From Armatimonadota bacterium (GTDB lineage: Bacteria > Armatimonadota > SYMT01): 64,000 nt of DNA. Made by a program: the position numbers and the translations under genes. Shown in pieces: positions 60,330-64,000 of this stretch. Position 1 is the first letter of the stretch. Every line of letters begins with the position of its first letter. The stretch covers positions 64,001-128,000 of the forward strand of contig JAWLHY010000006.1 in NCBI GenBank assembly GCA_041690135.1, in the 5' to 3' direction. A model generated the notes under the pieces. The model worked only from the letters and a program-made list of their open reading frames with translations, had not been told where the DNA came from and made no database searches.

Positions 60330-60370
60330 AGGGTTGGGGAAGTGTGATCGGCGGGGATAGAATTGATCCA

Positions 60371-61234
60371 ATGTACCCGCCGACAGATGAACTCCTTCCC
60401 ACCCAGTCTGATGAGGGAACTTTCCCCAGTGGAGGCTTCACGCTCTTCCGGCGCTCCGTGATGCCGGCGGAGATGCCCTCCTGGGCGCGCCTCCTCTTTA
60501 TCCACGGCTATGGGGAGCACAGCGGCCGGTACCGGCACTTTTACCAATGGCTGGCCGAACGAGGCGTCGCGAGCCATGCGGTCGACCTGCGCGGTCAGGG
60601 GCGTTCCACCGGCCAGCGCGGTTTCGTTCGAGACTGGTACGAGTACGTAGAAGACGTCAGTGCCACCCTACAACAGGAGTTCGTCGCGGGTTCCGGTCCC
60701 CTCTTCATTCTCGGCCACAGCCATGGCGGCCTGGTAGTGACGGCCGCCGTCCTCCGGGGCCTCGATGCGGCGCGGGGATATATCCTCAGTGCCCCTTACT
60801 ACCGCAGTCGAGTCCCCGTCCCCCTTATCAAGCAATGGGCGGGGCGCGCGCTCAACCCCATCTGCCCTTCCCTGCGGATTCCGTCCGGCCTCGACTCGGC
60901 CTGGATGACCTCAGACCCCGCTATGCGTGAGGACAGCCGCAAGGACCCGCTCATCGTGGGAACGGCGACACCCCGCTGGTATTGCGGCGCCATGGCGGCA
61001 CAGGCGGAAGTGATGCGCCACCGCGCCGATTTCCGCCGCCCGTTCCTGGCGCTGGTCGGCGACGCCGACCCCGTATCCGATCCCACCGCAGTCCACGAGT
61101 TCTATGTCGACGCCGGAGCCCCGGACAAGGCGGAGCGCATCTATCCGCACCTCCTCCACGAGATCCTCCGGGAGACGGATCGGGAGCGGATCTTCCAGGA
61201 CATCCTGGAGTGGATGCGGGAGCGCGCCGAATGA
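60371..61234 (+). CDS. Alpha/beta hydrolase, lysophospholipase-like
   Basis: HGYGEHSGRY, DLRGQG, GHSHGG, HEIL. Confidence 0.9.
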   Translation: MYPPTDELLPTQSDEGTFPSGGFTLFRRSVMPAEMPSWARLLFIHGYGEHSGRYRHFYQWLAERGVASHAVDLRGQGRSTGQRGFVRDWYEYVEDVSATLQQEFVAGSGPLFILGHSHGGLVVTAAVLRGLDAARGYILSAPYYRSRVPVPLIKQWAGRALNPICPSLRIPSGLDSAWMTSDPAMREDSRKDPLIVGTATPRWYCGAMAAQAEVMRHRADFRRPFLALVGDADPVSDPTAVHEFYVDAGAPDKAERIYPHLLHEILRETDRERIFQDILEWMRERAE

Positions 61235-61641
61235 TCGAACCAACCTGGGAAACCCTGGTCGCGGATACGCCGGACCTCTTCTTGCGGCTCCGCCGGTATC
61301 AGGGCTGCGAGATCCTCGTCCGGTACGCCGTCGGAGAGCGTCAGGGGATCCAGGTCGAGGTGCCCGCGGCCCGCACCACGCTGCAAGGCCGGCTCGAGGT
61401 GCATCCGCAGGTCGATCGCTTTCGCATCCGGCTCGAAGGCTGGAGCGAGGAAGACTTCATCTGGCTCGCGCGCCGCAAAGGACGCGGGGGTCCGGGTTAC
61501 TGGCAGGGAGCCATCGAATACCGCCCCGAGGGAAAACCCGCCCTGGTCCACTACTTCACCGCCCCGCTCGACGGCCTCGTGATAAAGCTTCGCCCCACCA
61601 GGAGCAATACCGATCATCCGGGTCACTGCGAAGAGGAATAG
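61231..61641 (+). CDS. Hypothetical protein
   Basis: ATGA overlap with hydrolase stop; typical codon usage. Confidence 0.65.
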   Translation: MIEPTWETLVADTPDLFLRLRRYQGCEILVRYAVGERQGIQVEVPAARTTLQGRLEVHPQVDRFRIRLEGWSEEDFIWLARRKGRGGPGYWQGAIEYRPEGKPALVHYFTAPLDGLVIKLRPTRSNTDHPGHCEEE

Positions 61642-61763
61642 AACCCCGCCGACTTCACAGACTACACGCCGCCCCACCGTCGAAGCACGGCCGTCCAGAA
61701 CGTGTATCCCGTCACCCGACGCGGCAGCCCTCTGGTCAGGGAAGTCATCCCGTCCCCGACCTC

Positions 61764-61866
61764 CTTATCCTAATCCTCGTCCTAATCCCTCCGGGGCCCC
61801 TGTCCAGGGCAGCTATCCTGTAACGGGATTCGTAATCTTTATCTTCCAACCATCCTTATCTTTATC
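61764..61866. repeat. Two hexamer clusters downstream of (and including) the methyltransferase stop
   Basis: CTTATC CTAATC CTCGTC CTAATC (61764-61787); GTAATC TTTATC ... CTTATC TTTATC (61832-61866). Confidence 0.7.
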
Positions 61867-62803
61867 CATCTCCCCGGGTTATCCGCCAGCAGCGGTGGAT
61901 CTTCTTGTTGCGGTAATCCTCCGGGATCGTCTTCTCCGTGATCTCCTCCAGGCGGCACGGCAACAGCTCTTCTTCCCGCAGCTTGAAGCCGCGGTAATTG
62001 GTGCTGAAGTAAAGCACGCCCTCCGGCGTGAGAAGCTGCAGGCAGTGGTTAATGAGGAAGGGATGCTGCACCCCCACATCCAGCACCTCGCGCATCTTCT
62101 TGGAGTTGCTGAAGGTCGGCGGATCGCAGACGATCAATTCCCACTTCCGCTTGGCCCGCACCATCTCCGGGAGCCACTGGAGCACGTCGGCCCGTTCGAG
62201 CGTGTGAATTTCCGGGTTCAGTTCGTTCAGCTCGAAGTTTCGCTTCGCCCAGGCAAGGTAGGTATTGGAGATATCGACGGAGTGTGTGCGGATAGCTCCT
62301 CCCCCGGCCGCATAGACGCTGAAACTCGCCGTGTAACAGAAGAGGTTGAGCATCCGGCGGTCGTGCGCTTCCTCCTGCACCATCTTCCGCGTATTGCGAT
62401 GGTCGAGGAACAGGCCGGTGTCATGGTAGTCGGACAGGTTCACCCAGAAGCGATGGCCCTGCTCTTCCACCACGAACTCGAAGCGCTCTTCCGCGAGGCG
62501 CTGGTATTGGGAGTGGTCCTTCTGCCGGTAGCGTTCCTTGAAAAAGAGGGTCTCGTCGGTGACGCCGAGACCCTCTTTCACCTCGGCTTCTACTTCCGCC
62601 AGCCACGTCTCGCGCGCCTCCGGCGTTTCATCCTTCTTCCGGTGCATCGCATAGACCAGCGCGCGCCCGTCGTACCAATCCACGATCACGGGTTGGTCCG
62701 GGATGTCCTTCTCGTAAAGGCGATAGCAGGTCACCCCTGTCCGGCGCGCCCACTTTCGGAGGTGCCGGTGCATCCGCTGAAGCCGGTTCGCAAGCATTCC
62801 CAT
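61862..62803 (-). CDS. SAM-dependent rRNA methyltransferase, standalone RlmK-like domain
   Basis: DTGLFLDHR, LNLFCYT, DPPTFSNSK; resembles C-terminal half of RlmKL. Confidence 0.85.
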   Translation of the reverse strand: MGMLANRLQRMHRHLRKWARRTGVTCYRLYEKDIPDQPVIVDWYDGRALVYAMHRKKDETPEARETWLAEVEAEVKEGLGVTDETLFFKERYRQKDHSQYQRLAEERFEFVVEEQGHRFWVNLSDYHDTGLFLDHRNTRKMVQEEAHDRRMLNLFCYTASFSVYAAGGGAIRTHSVDISNTYLAWAKRNFELNELNPEIHTLERADVLQWLPEMVRAKRKWELIVCDPPTFSNSKKMREVLDVGVQHPFLINHCLQLLTPEGVLYFSTNYRGFKLREEELLPCRLEEITEKTIPEDYRNKKIHRCWRITRGDG

Positions 62804-62836
62804 GACGACATCATATCAGACCAAAGCGTCACAATA

Positions 62837-64000
62837 TCAGCGGCGCCCTCCGAGCAGCAGTTGGAGTAACCCCCCGCCAGAACTCTCGGTGATGAAATCG
62901 ATGAAGGCGAAAGCCATCTCGTCCGTCGTCTGCTCGCCGAAGCGCACGGTTTGCGGAGGATTGCTGGGATTGCGCGGGTTGTTGGCGCTGTTGTCGAAAT
63001 ACGCCCGCATCTCAAGCAGGGTGCCGGCGGGAAGCTCCACCATCTCCTTGTAGCGGTAGGTGTCCTGCCACCGATAGTCCCAGTTCTTCACCCACACCAG
63101 ATCCTTGACGGTGCCGTCGGGCAGCGTGGCGGTGACTTTCATCTCCTTCCCCAGCAGGTGCATGTGCGGGGTGATGGAGAAGGCCTTGATCGCCATCGGG
63201 GTCTTCATCGAGGCCTTCACTTCGTGGCGTTCCACTCCCGGCGGAATATTGATATCCAGCCGGGTCAGGGGCCAGATCATCGCCGTGTACTTCACCGGTT
63301 CCTTGGCGAAGTAGAGACCGATACTGGTCTTATCCTTCTCCGGCTTGCCCGTCTTGTGGTAATGCGCCTGGATAACAAGGTCCGATCCCTTGGGCAAGGG
63401 TCGCGCCACGCCTTCCGGCATAAAGCGGGGCATGTTGCCCGGCGCCCAGCCTCCGAGCCCGCCGCTGGGGAAAAAGCCGATTCCGCCCGGACCGGCATTG
63501 TACCCCGGCGCCGGGTCCTTGGCGTCCAGCGCGCGCCCCCGACCCTGCGTGTCCGTGAAGGCGAGGATGTGGTGAAGCACGCGGGGGTTACCGGCCCTCA
63601 CTTCCATGGCGACCACCTGCTTGTCTTCGGTGAGCCCGGTCGGCAGCACGAAGCAGCGGAAATCGTCCTCGCCGGTGGCCCCGACCTGATAGGCCTCTTC
63701 CATCGTCAAGACCAGGTCCGGCTTACCCAGGGTCCATCCGTCTTCCCACTTCTTCGCCGGCGGCGCGTCCTTCTTCCGTCCGGCCGGAGCACCGTCGTCC
63801 ACCCAGGCACAAACCGTGTCGATTTCTTTCTGGGTCATGCGCCGCACGTCCATGAAATCGCCGTGTCCCGGCTCTGCCTGCCACGGCGGCATCAGGCGGC
63901 CCTTCACGAACTGCTTGATCTCCCCCGCCCAACTCTTCGCGTCCTCATAGCTGAGGAGGGAGAAGGGCGCGACCTGGTCCGGACGGTGGCAGGATTGGCA
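62837..64000 (-). CDS. Copper type II ascorbate-dependent monooxygenase-like protein with N-terminal CxxCH (5'-truncated by window)
   Basis: CQSCH at window edge, MPPW, HH, HY, PHMH, DEM. Confidence 0.82.
   Translation of the reverse strand, partial: CQSCHRPDQVAPFSLLSYEDAKSWAGEIKQFVKGRLMPPWQAEPGHGDFMDVRRMTQKEIDTVCAWVDDGAPAGRKKDAPPAKKWEDGWTLGKPDLVLTMEEAYQVGATGEDDFRCFVLPTGLTEDKQVVAMEVRAGNPRVLHHILAFTDTQGRGRALDAKDPAPGYNAGPGGIGFFPSGGLGGWAPGNMPRFMPEGVARPLPKGSDLVIQAHYHKTGKPEKDKTSIGLYFAKEPVKYTAMIWPLTRLDINIPPGVERHEVKASMKTPMAIKAFSITPHMHLLGKEMKVTATLPDGTVKDLVWVKNWDYRWQDTYRYKEMVELPAGTLLEMRAYFDNSANNPRNPSNPPQTVRFGEQTTDEMAFAFIDFITESSGGGLLQLLLGGRR

Noticed and set aside
59801-60370. N-terminal extension fusing the ECF region to the hydrolase
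   Set aside because: Arg/Pro-rich off-frame read of the ECF gene; the hydrolase starts near 60371.

Overview
GC-rich bacterial chromosomal segment. The gene content (H-X9-DG prepilin-type protein, OmpH/Skp, SpoIVB-like S55 protease, SigB/F-type sigma factor, many secreted beta-propellers) suggests a diderm Terrabacteria lineage such as Armatimonadota; this is an inference. It carries about 57 likely CDSs. Housekeeping genes include secA, prfB with its +1 frameshift, thrC, dapL, coaX, a Dus enzyme, an RlmK-like methyltransferase and ktrAB. The rest are mostly secreted hydrolases and oxidoreductases, an ABC-permease/TPR-ASPIC operon and a sigma/STAS/ANTAR/ECF cluster. I found no tRNA, rRNA, CRISPR-cas, transposase or phage genes. 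The strongest unexplained signal is a ~710-bp cassette (39175-39884) holding only an antisense four-helix-bundle (IVS/Avd-like) gene. It is bounded by 28-bp inverted arms made of GATAAN hexamers and exactly fills the gbsR-arsA gap. Related hexamer arrays recur in four other intergenic regions with consistent polarity, and 7-, 8- and 9-mer arrays occur elsewhere. Other leads are a UGA plus decayed motif at the end of the ASPIC/UnbV gene, a SpoIVB-propeller fusion and a Cys-to-Ser C39-like protein. All product calls come from motif recognition by eye; no database search was run.
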